Source: Eledone cirrhosa
Lineage: Eukaryota
Assembly: GCA_964016885.1 (NCBI GenBank)
Contig: OZ024741.1
Coordinates: 52,824,001-52,888,000, forward strand
DNA: 64,000 nucleotides
Direction of reading: 5' to 3'
Shown: piece by piece, positions 27,531-41,219 of the stretch
How positions within the stretch are numbered: position 1 is the first letter of the stretch
Layout of the letters: the number at the start of each line of letters is the position of its first letter
Notes under the pieces: generated by a model
Told to the model about the DNA's origin: nothing
Seen by the model: only the letters and a program-made list of their open reading frames with translations
Databases searched by the model: none
Program-made: the position numbers and the translations under genes

Positions 27531-30500
27531 CTACAGGCTTATGTAAAGAGAAGGCCCATTCACACGGGCCATTCTCGCCACTTTCACCCACCTTTCATAA
27601 AAACGACTGGGGTGGAGCACCTCTCTCTCCATCCTGATCCTTCTTCCGAAATGATATCGGAAGAAACGGACGAGTTGTTGGCCAGAGAGAAAGGTGCCTG
27701 ACCTCAGTCCTTTCAGACGCGTCCACCATACAACTTCTTTCACCATGGCTATTACGCACAGAAACGCCGCCTCTCCTTCATCTTTGAAGGGGGGAGGCGG
27801 CTTGATCATTACAATAGACTCGGTGGTCAACCGGATCGGTCCCACCCTTAACAGCAGTTGTTCGACATAGTCCCACAGATCGGCTACGCTCGAGCAGTGT
27901 ACCAATGCGTGTGCAACGGTTTCCTCGTCGCACACGCATCTGGGACAGATATTTTTGGCGGGGTCCCTACCCGGGCGCCCGTGTCTGTAGAGTTTCTCGA
28001 ACAGGTAGAGCCCCTCGGTAGCACTGCCAGGCCAGAGACTTCTGGAAGTTGCCCATAGGTCCCGGGCTGAATGTCCTACCGAACAGGCTGGCCAGTTCGT
28101 CTTCCTCCATGTGTAGGGCTTCTCCGAGGGCGTCGTCGCACCTGCTGCGTACCAGCCCTCTATAGAATGTTGCGGTGGAGTCTCCACTGATAACCGGATC
28201 CGCCTGCCAGAGGGCGGTGAGCGCCTGGGCACACTCAGTGTGCCAGGCGCCCAGTTTTCTCGGTCTTTGCTTGACCCAGGATTGCAGCTCGGTGAGTGAG
28301 ACGAGTCTGGGAAAGGTTCGTCTCACAAACGAGGCCCACACCGGTTGACCGGTGAGAAATACGTGGAGGTGCCGTAGCCTTAATGCGTGTTTACGCATCA
28401 TTAGCCACGGCATCCCCAGCCCTCCTTTCGAAGGGTGTTGACAGCAGATGGATTTCCTCACCAAGGGAGCCCGCCTCTTCCAAAGGAATTGGAAGAGCGC
28501 GAGCTCCATCTTGGCGAGGGTTTCCCTTGGGCAAGGCACTACGGTCAGGCGGTAGTAGATGACGGACGCTATATAGGTGTTCGCCACCTCCGCCCGACCT
28601 TTCAGGGATAGTTTGCAACTGGCCCACTTCTGGGTCAGTGCAAACACCCTGTTCGTAACCTCCGCCCAGTTCTTCTTCACCTGGAGGTCTCGTCCGAACC
28701 AGACCCGAGCAACTTCACCGGGCCCTCCGTCCAGCGTCCGACGACGCCACCGGAGGGCATCGGTCTGCCCCTCCACGTGCCGAGTTGCAAACCGATCGAC
28801 TTGTCCCGGTTCAGCTTAGCCCCTGTGAACCTTTCGTACTCCTCCAGTAAGGTGCCGATCGCCCCGATTTCGGAGGCCATCGACACCATTACTGTCACGT
28901 CATCGGCGTAGGCCGACACCGCTTTCCGCAATCCCAGTTCCAAAGGGATGCCCTGCAACAACTCCATCTTCCGCAGTAGTGGCTCGAGAGTCAACACATA
29001 CAGAAGGGAGGAGACAGGGCACCCTTGTCGGATGGACTGCACGATTTTGAACGGTTCCGAGAGGTAGCCGTTCACCTTGACCCTAGAGCAGATGCGGCTG
29101 CTGTGCATCGCAGTGATCCAGCCCCTGAAAACGGGTCCGAAGCCTTCCGCCGCTAGCACCGCATCCAGGTAACTATGGTCGACCCTATCGAACGCCTTAG
29201 ATTGATCCAAGTTGATCAGAGCCCCACCAAAATCGGGTTCGTTCCCAACCCTCTCTATGATGTATCGCATGAGGTGGAGTTGTCATGGATGGACCTGGAC
29301 GGGATAGCACATGTCTACGCATCTCCCACCAGGTTGCCCACGACAAGCGCCAACCTCTTTGCTAGCACCTTGGCAAAATCTGTAACTCTGTATTTAGCAG
29401 AGTTATGGGCCTGAAGTTACTTATTTCGTCCCCCTTGTTCTCGTCCTTCCTCACTAGCGTGACTACGCCCTTGGTCACAGTACAGGGGAACAAGTCCGGC
29501 ATAGCTAGATATAATTCGTATGGAAGACTATCGAGACCCGGGGATTTGCGTTTGCCGCATTGGCTCAGCACGTCCTCTATCGGCTCCTCGCAGGACTTCG
29601 CCTCCCTGTCCGAGAGACGCAGCAGGCCGTCGAAGTATGGACCGAAGTCCACATCCCCAACCGGCTCCCCGCCCCTCCCGAACAGTCGGGCAAAGTGCCT
29701 TTGAAAGGCCTCACACATCTGCCTAGGCTCAAGGATCGCCCGTCTATCCTGGTCTCGCAAAGACCAGATGGTGGATTTAGTTCCACTCTTGGCCTCTGTC
29801 ACGCGGGCCCAGCTAACAGCTTTGGTTCCCTCGTTCCCTAGAGCACGTATTTTACTTCGGACAACGCAGCCTTCGTGCTTCGCGTCGAAAAACTGGCTCA
29901 AAGCCGTTCTCGACGCTAGCACTCTGGCCACGTCGCCGCTTCTAATTGCCTCTTCTACTCTATCTATTAGCTCCCTTTCCTTCCTATTCCTATCCGCAGC
30001 TAGAACCCTACTAAATTCTATCAAGACTTCTCTAATCTCTCTCTTTAGAGATACCCACCACCTGCTGTTGACGATCGCTCCAGTCAACCGTTCCTTAACT
30101 AACGTACTAATCCGATCCCTGTAAGCTCTACTTGCCGGCAAGGAGAAGTTGAGGTTCCAGTAACCGGCCCCCTGTCTATGCGTTCTATCAAGGTTGACCA
30201 TGCAGGTCAACAACTTGTGGTCTGAATAGCCAACCATGAGCATTTCTGGACAACTTAAAAAGTCCCTGTCCTTATTTTTAACTAAAAACCTATCTAGGTA
30301 CGACCTAGATGATCCGCTGCGATTTGACCAAGACCAGGTTGGCACCGTCGGAAAATCTAGTCGAAATCTATCGGCCAGGTCAAATCGGCCGAGTAACCCC
30401 TTGAGGCTGTTGCACGCCTCTCTATCGGGACATGCCCCTGCATAGTTCCAACGTGCATCCAGGATACCATTCCAGTCCCCACTAAAAGCAGGGAACGGGA

Positions 30501-30896
30501 CGTCCCTAGAAAAGACTCCAGACGCTGGAAAAAGTCGGGCCGCTCTGTCCCAAAAGGGGCATATGCGGCTACCAGCCTAAAGGCTCCACCTTCACCACTG
30601 CCAAGGTCCAGCACCACCAGTCGACCCCCTGGGTCCAAGTGAACTATCTGTGTGGCAAGACCCAGATGTTTTTGCAACAGAACGACAACCCCACCCCCAC
30701 CTCCGGGCTGACAGAGAGATGCGTGCATCTCAAAGTCGTCAAAGGTTGGGGCTAGCTGTCGCATGCTGCTGATCCGGGCCTCGCAGATAACCATCACATT
30801 TATAGATCGTGACCTGAGGTCATTTAGAAGCATTGCTTGCTTCCAAGATGAGCGCAGGCCACGCGCATTTAGGCACCCTACTCTTAGCACAGCCAT
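27531..30896 (-). pseudogene. LINE ORF2: APE endonuclease + reverse transcriptase + CCHC finger, several frameshifts
   Basis: CLNARGL, SYLDRF, SDH, KSPGLD, FRPITLLN, LDQSKAFDRV, RQGCP, AYADD, CPRC...H...C. Confidence 0.93.
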
Positions 30897-30920
30897 GTTG
30901 GTGGTAAAGAGAAAAGGCAC

Positions 30921-32711
30921 TTACCTCTCTGCGTCCCGGGAAGCGGGCCGCTCAATTTCCATGCTGGTTGGGGATGGGTTGTTGGGTGGGGTGGTGGTTT
31001 GTGGAAGTGAAGGGGCATCAGTGTGTTGTGGGGTTGGGGCGTTTGTGGTTGAGGAGGACGCGGTTGATTGGTTTGGCGCAGGGGGGGCCCACGTCCTCCG
31101 TGAAATTTATTTTCAGTGTTTTATAAAGGTTCATTGGGAGTTTAATCATTTTTAGATGAGGTAGTCCCACAGCAGTTATAAAGTTAGGCCCTTCAGTTTG
31201 GACCGAAAGGTTTGATGAAATTGTTTTCAGTAGTTCTTTGTTGTCTGTGTTCATGTATGTATATTGTAAAGTCTTTTTTTGTGTAGCAGTTAGTGTTGTG
31301 TGACGAGGAGGGGTGGTTTGTATATAGTTTGTGTTCTCTTGGGGAGGGTTAAAGTTAACAAGTGTGTATGTGGTGCGCCTCCTCTTCTTTCTTTTTACTG
31401 TTTGGAAGGGATCTTTTTCGTCTTGCGACGAAAGGGGTTCGTCTTCCTTGTTGGGTGGGAGGGGTATGTTTTCTGGTAGTGTTTGCGGTGTGTGTCTTTT
31501 TGTATTTGTTTTGGGTGGGGAGGGGTTGGGTGGGACAGTATTCTGTGTTGTTTTTTCACGTGTTTGTTGTTGTTGTTGTTGTTGTGGTGGTGGTGGTGGT
31601 GGTGTTGTTGGTTTTTGTTGTTGTTGGGGTGGTGTTGGTGTTGGTAGCAGTGTTTTTTCTGTGTGAGCTGGGGACAGGCAGCCCTCAGGTGACCTCTATT
31701 GCCACAGAGGTAACAGGAGGGATACCTACCCTCCACAATAATGTTGAGGTGGGTACGGTCATCCAGCATGACGCGCTCAGGGATTTGGGCGATACGTTCT
31801 GGCCTTATTTGTGTCAGAACTTCGATACTCGTTCCACTGAACGCGTCGCCGGATGCCTTCCCTATTGAAATGAGATTGTCCTCGTCTAAATTGAGGAAAC
31901 CGGTTAGTAACCACCAGTAGTTTATGTTTGGGGTGATGGTGGTTATCCATATTCTCTGGGGTTTTTTACCCATGTAGGTGGGGAAGAAGGTGTAGTGTGT
32001 GGAACGAATTGGCGACACAGAGTATTTTTTCGCCGCCAATTCGTCTTTCATCAATATGGATAAACTCCCATAGAGTTTATCCTTTTGTATGAAAGTGATG
32101 TCTTTCATCGCTTATTTCAGTACTAACTGAATTTCAGCTTGAGATGGTTGTGCTGGTTTTTTTGTCTTATTTAAAATTGTACGGAATACGACAGTTCGTA
32201 ATTCCGTCTGTTTTTTTAGTTCTGGAGGTGAATTTATAGAAAACGAACCATTTTCGCCAAAAGATACATATTTTTTGGCTTTTTCCAGCATTTCTTTGGC
32301 TTTTGAAATATCTTCAAGCACATAAGTGACTGATAATTTAGCCGTTTGTGCAAAAGATATTTTGTTTTCGTTGTTGGTGTTTGTATTGTTTTGTTTCTCG
32401 TCGTTTGAGTTGTTTTCATCTTTGTTGTTGTTGTCTTTCTCGTTTGGTGTGTGGATACTTGTGACGTTTGTGTTGTTGTTGTTTTTGTTGTCTTTATTGT
32501 TGCTGTTGTTGTCGTTGTTGTTGTTGTTTTCAGTTTCTTGTATAGTTGTGGCTACATCAAGTTGTCGGTCAGCAGGTGAAGAAAATTCTTCCTCTGGCTG
32601 ACCTCTGCCTTTGGCATCTGCTGCTGTGACAGTGGCAGGGGGAAGCTGTGAGTATGACTTCCCCTTTTCTCCTTTGAATGTTGGTGAAGATGCTTCAGCC
32701 ATTTTTATCAA
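30921..32711 (-). pseudogene. LINE ORF1 (gag-like, zinc knuckle), disrupted
   Basis: CYLCGNRGHLRAAC knuckle; in-frame stop at 32112-32114; further frameshifts; Asn/Thr-rich low-complexity tracts. Confidence 0.82.
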
Positions 32712-32953
32712 AATAGGATTTTTCGTAATTTTTCGAAAGATAACATTTTTACAACACTATTTCGCCTAAAGGCGTAGAATATTTTGAGAGACTGACCAGA
32801 TCAAAATTTGACCTGGCAGTCCCTCTACAAAATGGTACGAAAATGAAAGTTTAAAGTTCACAATTTCCAGATAAATTTAAACGAAACTTACCGAGCGAGC
32901 TCAGCACATGTGTCCATGATAGATATATAGATAGATAGATAGATAGATAGATA

Positions 32954-33382
<429 letters not shown>

Positions 33383-33434
33383 ATAATATCCAATGATATT
33401 AAATAAATGGAAACTATATTTATAAAACCATATG

Positions 33435-33494
33435 TATTCTATTATATATATTTCAAGGTACCAAAACTTTGGTACCCTCTCTTCAGATAAAATA
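33435..33494 (-). ncRNA. pLTR hammerhead ribozyme (PLE B, inverted arm)
   Basis: tattttat CTGAAGA ggtaccaaa/tttggtacc GAAA tatata TA atagaata. Confidence 0.85.
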
Positions 33495-33504
33495 CAAAGT
33501 TTGT

Positions 33505-34757
33505 AACAGACCTCGTGGGATTATTCATTTATAATGTACTGCATAGAAAAATGCCAGAGATGACCGGAGGTTTATATCACGACGATATGTTACTTTTAAT
33601 TGAAAACCATAGCAAAAGCGAAATTAATAGGAAAAGGAAATCCATATTACAATTTTTCAACAACTACAACCTTAATTTAGAAATCAAGAATAATTACAAA
33701 ATCGTTAACTTCTTAGATGTAACATTAAACCTTAGCTCAGGTCTTTACTATCCATTCCATAAGATTCACGAAAATCTAAATTACGTTTCAATTCTAATCA
33801 TCCTAGAAATATTAAAAACACTATTGTCAATAGTGTCCAGCAACGGCTTACACGCAACTCTGCTATTGAAAATATTTTGATGATACGGCAGAATACTACA
33901 ATGAGTCTTTACATAGAGCAGGATACTCGAATAAAATTAAATACTTAGATAACAATAACACGACAGATCATCCTAGAATTCATTATAATAACAATAAACA
34001 ATTCAACTTAAATGGTAGACCAAACAAAAAAACTAGAACTAGAAATATTATTTGGTACTCTCCGCCATTCTCATTAGGAGTTAAAACACCTTTAGCAAAG
34101 CTATTTTTTAAAGCACTAGATAAATGTTTTCCTAAATCCCACTCTATCTTTAACAGACTATAAAACTATCCTACTCTACTACTATGAACATAGTTCAAAA
34201 TATAAATAAAATTAATAATAGAAACTTAAATTTAAACCCTAACCAAACAAACCAAGATAGCAATAATAATATTTCTAACAACAATATTCATAATAATAGT
34301 ACCGTTCCTAATAACAACTCCAGAAAATGTAACTGTAGAATTAAATCAAACTGCCCTTTACAAAATAATTTCTTAGACAAACACGTAATTTATAAATGCA
34401 CAGTTAAAACTAGAGACAAAATATTTAACTATATTGGTGCCACTTCTACAAAATTCAAAGAACGCTAGTACAACCATAAACATACATTTAATAGGTCTGA
34501 TAAAAATTCTTCCACTTCACTTTCACATTTAATTTGGAATTTAAATGACAACAATATAGACTATTCAATATCTTGGGGAACGATCTCTAAAGCACCTGCA
34601 TACCGAAATATGGCTTTCTCAAGAATCTGTAATTTATGTATAGAAGAAATTTATTATATAATTAACTGTCAAAACTCTATTAATTTAAAAACATAAATAT
34701 TTTCTAGTTGCAGACATCGCGAAACTTCCACTTTCAGAAGTATTTTTAATCTATGAT
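33505..34757 (+). pseudogene. PLE RT C-terminus + GIY-YIG endonuclease, disrupted
   Basis: GLYHDD, VNFLDVTLNL, CNCRIKSNCPL, VIYKC...NYIGATSTKFKER; stops and frameshifts. Confidence 0.9.
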
Positions 34758-35913
34758 ATTCATTACACTTGACTATATATTATACACCTTTAAAATGATC
34801 CGATTATTTACTGTGTATTTCTTTAAAAATTTAAAATTTAAAAAATGATCTTCCTTCTTAAATTTAGTATTTTTACTATTTGATCTTATTTTCCTAATGA
34901 TACTCTTATAAATTTTTTTCAGATGGAAATTGAAAATCTTTAATTGACATTCTGAAAGATATCCTCTTTACAATAATTCTTCGAAATTCATAATACTTTT
35001 TCCTCTTTTTAATCTTCAAACTTTACACACATCTTTCGACATAAATAATATGTAATTTAAATTCTCATCCTCGAAAAAATAATCTCACACAAAATAATAT
35101 ATAATTTTCTCTACATACTTTCTGAGTAAATCATTCATCAAATTTAATGGTTAGCAAATAAGATTGGACTTATATTTTCCTTTACAACCGAGCAAAAACA
35201 CAATTGATAACTTCTATGATAAACTATATAACTTCGCTAAATTAACAATATTCCGAAAACATTTTCAATGTTGGAACAAAATGTTTGAATCTACAAATTG
35301 TTCTCCTCTTACAACTTGAAATACGTCTTTTTCTAAATGATTTATGTAAAATGTAAAATCAAAATCCTCCGTAACTCATTTTAGAAATGTAAACAATGAA
35401 TACGTGCGTTTTATTTCTATAAAATCACCAATAATACTTATACTTGCACAATTATTAATCTATTGATATACGTACAACCTGTTCTAATGTAATAAGATAA
35501 AATGTACTTACAACCATAATTCTTCATATAATCTAATTGATTATATATACAATATTATAACTCATAATATAGCTAAATAATTTTTTTTAAATTCTGTAAT
35601 CATACTCCACCATTCCTACAAACTGTTAATCATTTTTAAATTAACGTAAATCAACCTCTTCTTTCTTTCTTTTTCTTTTCTTTCTTTCTTCCTCCTACAC
35701 ATACATATATCCTAATCATTATTTAAATCTACCTAGCGTCTAAAACTAACGTTTGTTTCAACCCTATACCTCAACTTCATTTGCATACTCATCTTAATAA
35801 TTTGAAACATTTGACTTTTCTTCTCTTTTACCTCTTTCCTTTACTATCCAGGAATAACTTGAACCGTTAAGATCCTATTCCTGATTATGTCACTATTTAT
35901 AAAACAAACTTTG

Positions 35914-35974
35914 TATTTTATCTGAAGAGAGCGTACGAAAGTTTTGGTACCCTTGAAATATATATAATAGAATA
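35914..35974 (+). ncRNA. pLTR hammerhead ribozyme (PLE B)
   Basis: CTGAAGA 35922-35928, GAAA 35955-35958, AUA triplet, stem I tattttat/atagaata. Confidence 0.82.
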
Positions 35975-36232
35975 AATATGGTTTTATAAATACAGTTTCC
36001 ATTTATTTAATATCATTGTATATATATATATATGGGATAACAAGTTATCCTTTTAGGTAATCTAGTTAGAGGTTGTGATTGCTCTGTACGATAGGATAGT
36101 TTTAACGCCACTTTGAGTGATCAGCGGCCTTTAGACTCATCTGATAAATGAAACAATTGTTAATACTGTAAATAAAACCCTTTTTGTACAGCCGACCATG
36201 TTATTTTTCACTCCTTCACTATACATATATAT

Positions 36233-36398
<166 letters not shown>

Positions 36399-36682
36399 GT
36401 GTTTGTGTATAGAATGGTTTCTCACGTCGATTTTGTCTTATAAGGGTCCAAAGACTACGTTTTTTTCTGGCTTTGACGTTTACGTATTCGGTGAGACTTT
36501 AATCCAACTAATTATTTGTAGTTTAAATCCCAAATTTGACATGAGGAGTACCGTTATACAAAGTGGCTGGCATGTTAAATTGAATCCTCGCCTTTGCTCA
36601 TAAGCTTTTAAGACGATTCTGACTGCTTATTTCGTAACTTTTCATGGCTTTTCATAGCAAATTAACCTCTTTTAATTGCGAT

Positions 36683-36983
36683 TCTTCTTCTTCTTCTTCT
36701 TCTTCTTCTTCTTGCTCATACTCGTCATCATCACACTTAACCTCCACCTAATCTTCCTCCTCCTCCTCCTCCTCCTCCTCATTATCACCATCATCATCAT
36801 CATCATCATCATCATCACCATCATCATCATGAACATCACCACCATCGCCATCATTATGGTTATCATCATCACCACCAACCTCCTATTCAACTCCTCCATC
36901 CTCTGCTTTTCCTCCTCCCTCCTTCTCCTCAAAATCATGATCATTATCATCATGATTACTATCATCATCAACACCATTATCAT
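36683..36983. repeat. Compound trinucleotide microsatellite (CTT/CCT/CAT)
   Basis: Directly visible. Confidence 0.9.
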
Positions 36984-37242
36984 TAGTGGCATTCTCTACT
37001 TTTCCAAGTATTTCCTTCACATTTAATTTTCAGCTTCCTTACTTTTAGACGAAGTCGTATTCATAGGAGAAGTGCATTGTTTTTGTTATTAGACTCAAAT
37101 ACACCTATGCGACATTTGCAACAAAGTGAATATACGTCTAAAAATATGTAACACTTGCACACACACATGTATGTATATCTATATATAAATATATATATAT
37201 AAATATAATATAAGATCAAAAGATGGTTAAAGGAGTTCCATG

Positions 37243-37313
37243 TATTTTATTATGCGCATTTCAAAAACAAACATCATCATGCAATAATATTTGTGTTTTC
37301 ATCAGATAAAACA
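37243..37313 (-). ncRNA. pLTR hammerhead ribozyme (PLE C)
   Basis: Same motif as 15022-15092, with stem II substitutions. Confidence 0.87.
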
Positions 37314-38303
37314 GGAGAACATGATATGAAGGCTAAAAAACACTTGTGGATAGTGCAGTTTTAAATCAACATATGAAAAGTGGTTTTAGATTGATGTGTG
37401 ATATTGGGAAAAAATATTTTATTTAGAGAGAGGGGGGGGTGGAAAGGATGAAAAGGGAAGGAGATGAGAGGGAGAGATGGGTGATAGAGAGAAAGAGATA
37501 GTTTTTATAACTGAGAGGAGATATATTTTTTACATAGAGAGGTTGAAAACCGTTGGAAGATACTGTATAAATTAAAAATTTTGAAAATTAACGAAGGGAG
37601 GATATGTGCGAGGAAAACATATTTTATTTAGGGAGGGGGGGATGAAAAAAAGGGGGAGGAGATGAGAGTGAAGGTGGAGAGGGAGAGATGGGTGATAGAG
37701 AGAAAGAGATAGTTTTTATAACTGAGAAAAAGATATATTGTTTTAACATAGAGAGGTTGGGAACCGTTGGAAGATAATGTATAAATTAAAGGAATTTGAA
37801 AATTAACGAAGGGAAATTATGTATGAAGATAGAGAGAAAAAAATAATAATTGTGGATGAATATTCTAACGTCAAAAAAAGAAATGTATATATTGTGGCAA
37901 TTTCAAAATTAACGAAGAGAAAAATTATTAAGGTTTGTGTGTAGAAGGATTTGAGAAAAATAATGTAAAGTTAAAGTTTGTATATTGGTTGAATTGATAA
38001 TATATGCGAATAAAGAGTTAATATGTATTAATAATGAGTTCGTTGATGGGGAGAAAAAAATAATAAATTAAGGATGAAATTGAGATTAAAAAGATTTATG
38101 ATAGAGAGAAAAAATAATAATGATTGCGGATGAATATTGTATATGTTATGATTTTACAAGGTGAAGATAGAATGAGGGTAATGAGTAAACAAGTATTATA
38201 GAGTGTATAATGCCCTTTAAAGTAAGGTAGATGGGTATATTTTAAAGAGGTGTATGTATATGTGCCTTTGAGAAAAGATTCTAAATTGATAAAGAATTGA
38301 ATA

Positions 38304-40157
38304 TTAACTGTATACTTTGTGAAAAGTTCTATGGAATTTATGCAGGCAGATAGAAAACAAATCTGTGCGTCTATTTATTATAGAATCTAGGTTAGAGATA
38401 ATGGTAAATTTTTCATTTAGGCAGAGATTACAGATTTTAGATAGAGAGCTGTTCAAATATGAGGATGCAGAAGAAATCTTCTTCCAAAAGATGGTATATT
38501 TAATGTTTTTGTCTTTTAAGGACCATATGAGTTCTGAGAGAGCAGTGTTAGTTCTTTTAAGTTTGTATTTGAAAGATGAATGATGATTATAGAGACGAGC
38601 TTTAAAAGAGGTGGAAGTGGAGCCAAAATATGTGAAGGAATTGGTGCTAGTTATAATTTTACATTCATAAATTAAGTTTTTATCGAGACAATGGTTGTTG
38701 AGAGGACATTTATTTTTAATGCGGCAGTTGCAATTAGAGAGATTATTAATGAGTGATCTAGTGTTATCTATAGAAGGAATTGGATTGGAGAAGTTGTTTG
38801 CGATAGGAATAATAGGAATAATAGTTTCTTGATTTAGAGTTGGATTATGAACATTTAGCGAAGTTGTGTTTGACGTTGTATTTGGGTTTACAGAAGTTAG
38901 CCTAGGGTTTACAATGACGTCGGGAGTACTATTACTGTTATTATGAAATTCAATATTGGAAGGAAGAGATTTAGTATTTAGTATTTTATTGTTGTGTTTA
39001 GAGATGATGTTGGAAATATTGGAGGATGTAGAATACGAAAATTTGATGGTGTGTTTGTTAAATATTTTACTATAGATATGTGAGGGAGGGAAGCATTTAT
39101 TTAAGGCACTAAAGAATAATTTAGGAATATTGTTATTAATAGAGATGGAGAAAGGAGCATTATACCAGATTATGTTTTTGTATCTAGGTCTTTTATTAAA
39201 ATTATTGGAATGGTCATGATTAATTATTCTACTGTAAGTTTTTCTAGAATTTGTTTCTTTACTATATTTGATTTTATCTGGATAGCCGGCTTTAGAAAGT
39301 GCGTTATTATAGTAATTGGCGTTAGCATCAAAGATGTTTTTATTAGAAGATATGTTAGATATTCTATTTCCAATATTATTAACTATAGCATTCTTGATAT
39401 TGGTAGGATGGTTAGATTTAAAGTTAACATAATTAAGGTTCTCATTGTTTTTATGGTAAGGGTAATATAGGCCAGTGTCAAGATTAAGAGATACATCCAA
39501 GAAATTAGCTAGTTTGATACTATTATCAAATTCAATTTTTAGGTTATGTTGGTTAAAGAGATTACGTATATTGTTCTTAATAATATTAAGGTTGACTATA
39601 TTGCAATTTAGGATAGTAAAGAGTCCATCGTCACGATAAATTCCACCGCGAAGTTGAGGAATTTTCCGACTCAAAGAGTTCAAAATGAAGATACCAATTA
39701 AATCAGTCAATTGGGATGAATCAGATGCTCCCATTGTGATGTCGAAGTTGTTAGAGGTATCGGCTCTGGTCCAATATTCGTTGTTGAACTCTAGGATGGT
39801 TTTACGTGCGGTGAGGATGATGTGAAGTTCATCTGTGGTGATGTCAGAATATTTAAGTGCGAAAGATAGAGCATTATTGAGAAGTGAAGGCGAAATGGAG
39901 GAATAGTAGCTGGCAATATCAAATTGAATACATTTTAGTTTGTTTTTATTATCCAATTTGTTGAACCAGCCAATCACTTCAGAAGTACCAAACCATAAAT
40001 TTAGGTTCAAAGAAGAGCAATTAGAACTAACCTGTGGGATAATTCTATGCAAGATGGCTTTACTAACAACCCCCAGATCAGATTTAGAGGGGGCGATTAA
40101 TCTAACAGGTAGTTCAGTGCGAAAATTGTTTTTGTGATCCTTGAGATTTATCCTCGG
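38304..40157 (-). CDS. PLE reverse transcriptase + GIY-YIG endonuclease; 5'-truncated but uninterrupted (~617 codons, no start codon)
   Basis: LKDHK...RLIAP, FDIASYYSSI, MGASDS, IYRDDG, FLDV, CNCRIKNKCPLNNHC, LIYEC...YFG, CNLC, CLH; the frame stays open upstream of the track's 40052 start. Confidence 0.92.
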   Translation of the reverse strand, partial: PRINLKDHKNNFRTELPVRLIAPSKSDLGVVSKAILHRIIPQVSSNCSSLNLNLWFGTSEVIGWFNKLDNKNKLKCIQFDIASYYSSISPSLLNNALSFALKYSDITTDELHIILTARKTILEFNNEYWTRADTSNNFDITMGASDSSQLTDLIGIFILNSLSRKIPQLRGGIYRDDGLFTILNCNIVNLNIIKNNIRNLFNQHNLKIEFDNSIKLANFLDVSLNLDTGLYYPYHKNNENLNYVNFKSNHPTNIKNAIVNNIGNRISNISSNKNIFDANANYYNNALSKAGYPDKIKYSKETNSRKTYSRIINHDHSNNFNKRPRYKNIIWYNAPFSISINNNIPKLFFSALNKCFPPSHIYSKIFNKHTIKFSYSTSSNISNIISKHNNKILNTKSLPSNIEFHNNSNSTPDVIVNPRLTSVNPNTTSNTTSLNVHNPTLNQETIIPIIPIANNFSNPIPSIDNTRSLINNLSNCNCRIKNKCPLNNHCLDKNLIYECKIITSTNSFTYFGSTSTSFKARLYNHHSSFKYKLKRTNTALSELIWSLKDKNIKYTIFWKKISSASSYLNSSLSKICNLCLNEKFTIISNLDSIINRRTDLFSICLHKFHRTFHKVYS

Positions 40158-40603
40158 AACTCATATGGTCCTTAAAAGACAAAAACATTAAATATACCAT
40201 CTTTTGGAAGAAGATTTCTTCTGCATCCTCATATTTGAACAGCTCTCTATCTAAAATCTTCACTCTCATCTCCTCCCCCTTTTTTTCATCCCCCCCTCCC
40301 TAAATAAAATATGTTTTCCTCGCACATATCCTCCCTTCGTTAATTTTCAAAATTTTTAATTTATACAGTATCTTCCAACGGTTTTCAACCTCTCTATGTA
40401 AAAAATATATCTCCTCTCAGTTATAAAAACTATCTCTTTCTCTCTATCACCCATCTCTCCCTCTCATCTCCTTCCCTTTTCATCCTTTCCACCCCCCCTC
40501 TCTAAATAAAATATTTTTCATATGTTGATTTAAATATTTTTCATATGTTGATTTAAAACTGCACTATCCACAAGTGTTTTTTAGCCTTCATATCATGTTC
40601 TCC

Positions 40604-40674
40604 TGTTTTATCTGATGAAAACACAAATATTATTGCATGATGATGTTTGTTTTTGAAATGCGCATAATAAAATA
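40604..40674 (+). ncRNA. pLTR hammerhead ribozyme (PLE C, plus-strand arm)
   Basis: tgttttat CTGATGA stem II GAAA tgcgca TA ataaaata. Confidence 0.87.
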
Positions 40675-40798
40675 CATGGAACTCCTTTAACCATCTTTTG
40701 ATCTTATATTATGCATACTCCAGTCCTACAAACTGTAGAGTGCTTCTTATCCGATATCTGCATTGCTTTATTGTACTACAATAAAACTCACCTCCTAC

Positions 40799-40858
<60 letters not shown>

Positions 40859-40991
40859 TAGAAAGTGAGGGTTTTTACAAAATGAAAAATGACCGAGGTG
40901 TCCTACACGAGTGAAAGTATAAAGAAAAAAAAGATGAAATCGAAAATGCAACTGGAGTCTTATTTAAAAAAAAATATATATATTTCTTTGG

Positions 40992-41031
40992 TTCTTTACC
41001 GGTTTCGCAGTTCTTCTACTTTTCAAAAGTA
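40992..41031 (-). ncRNA. Variant hammerhead (U3:A8 core)
   Basis: ctt TTGAAAA gtag/ctgc GAAA ccgg TA aag; adjacent 17-bp hairpin at ~41047-41084. Confidence 0.6.
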
Positions 41032-41139
41032 GAGTTGAGATGGAAGGTCTGTGGTTTTTCTCCCATGAGAAAAACCACAGACCCTCTATCCTATTTCTCA
41101 AATCCTAATTCTTTTATATATCCTATTTCAAATCCTATT

Positions 41140-41219
<80 letters not shown>

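Larger units (their letters stand above)
27268..32917 (-). mobile_element. Near-full-length Tx1/L1-clade LINE
   Basis: 5' UTR, ORF1, ORF2 and 3' UTR with AATAAA (27275-27280, minus); (GATA)n on both flanks. Confidence 0.93.
33383..36018 (+). mobile_element. Penelope-like element copy B (distinct subfamily; inverted 5' pLTR at 33383-33504)
   Basis: RT/GIY-YIG remnant; HHR at 33435-33494 (minus) and 35914-35974 (plus); ends in (TA)n. Confidence 0.9.
37205..40799 (-). mobile_element. Penelope-like element copy C (same family as A) with rearranged opposite-strand arm at ~40157-40799
   Basis: Long open RT-EN frame; HHR at 37243-37313 (minus) and 40604-40674 (plus); (TA)n flanks. Confidence 0.93.
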
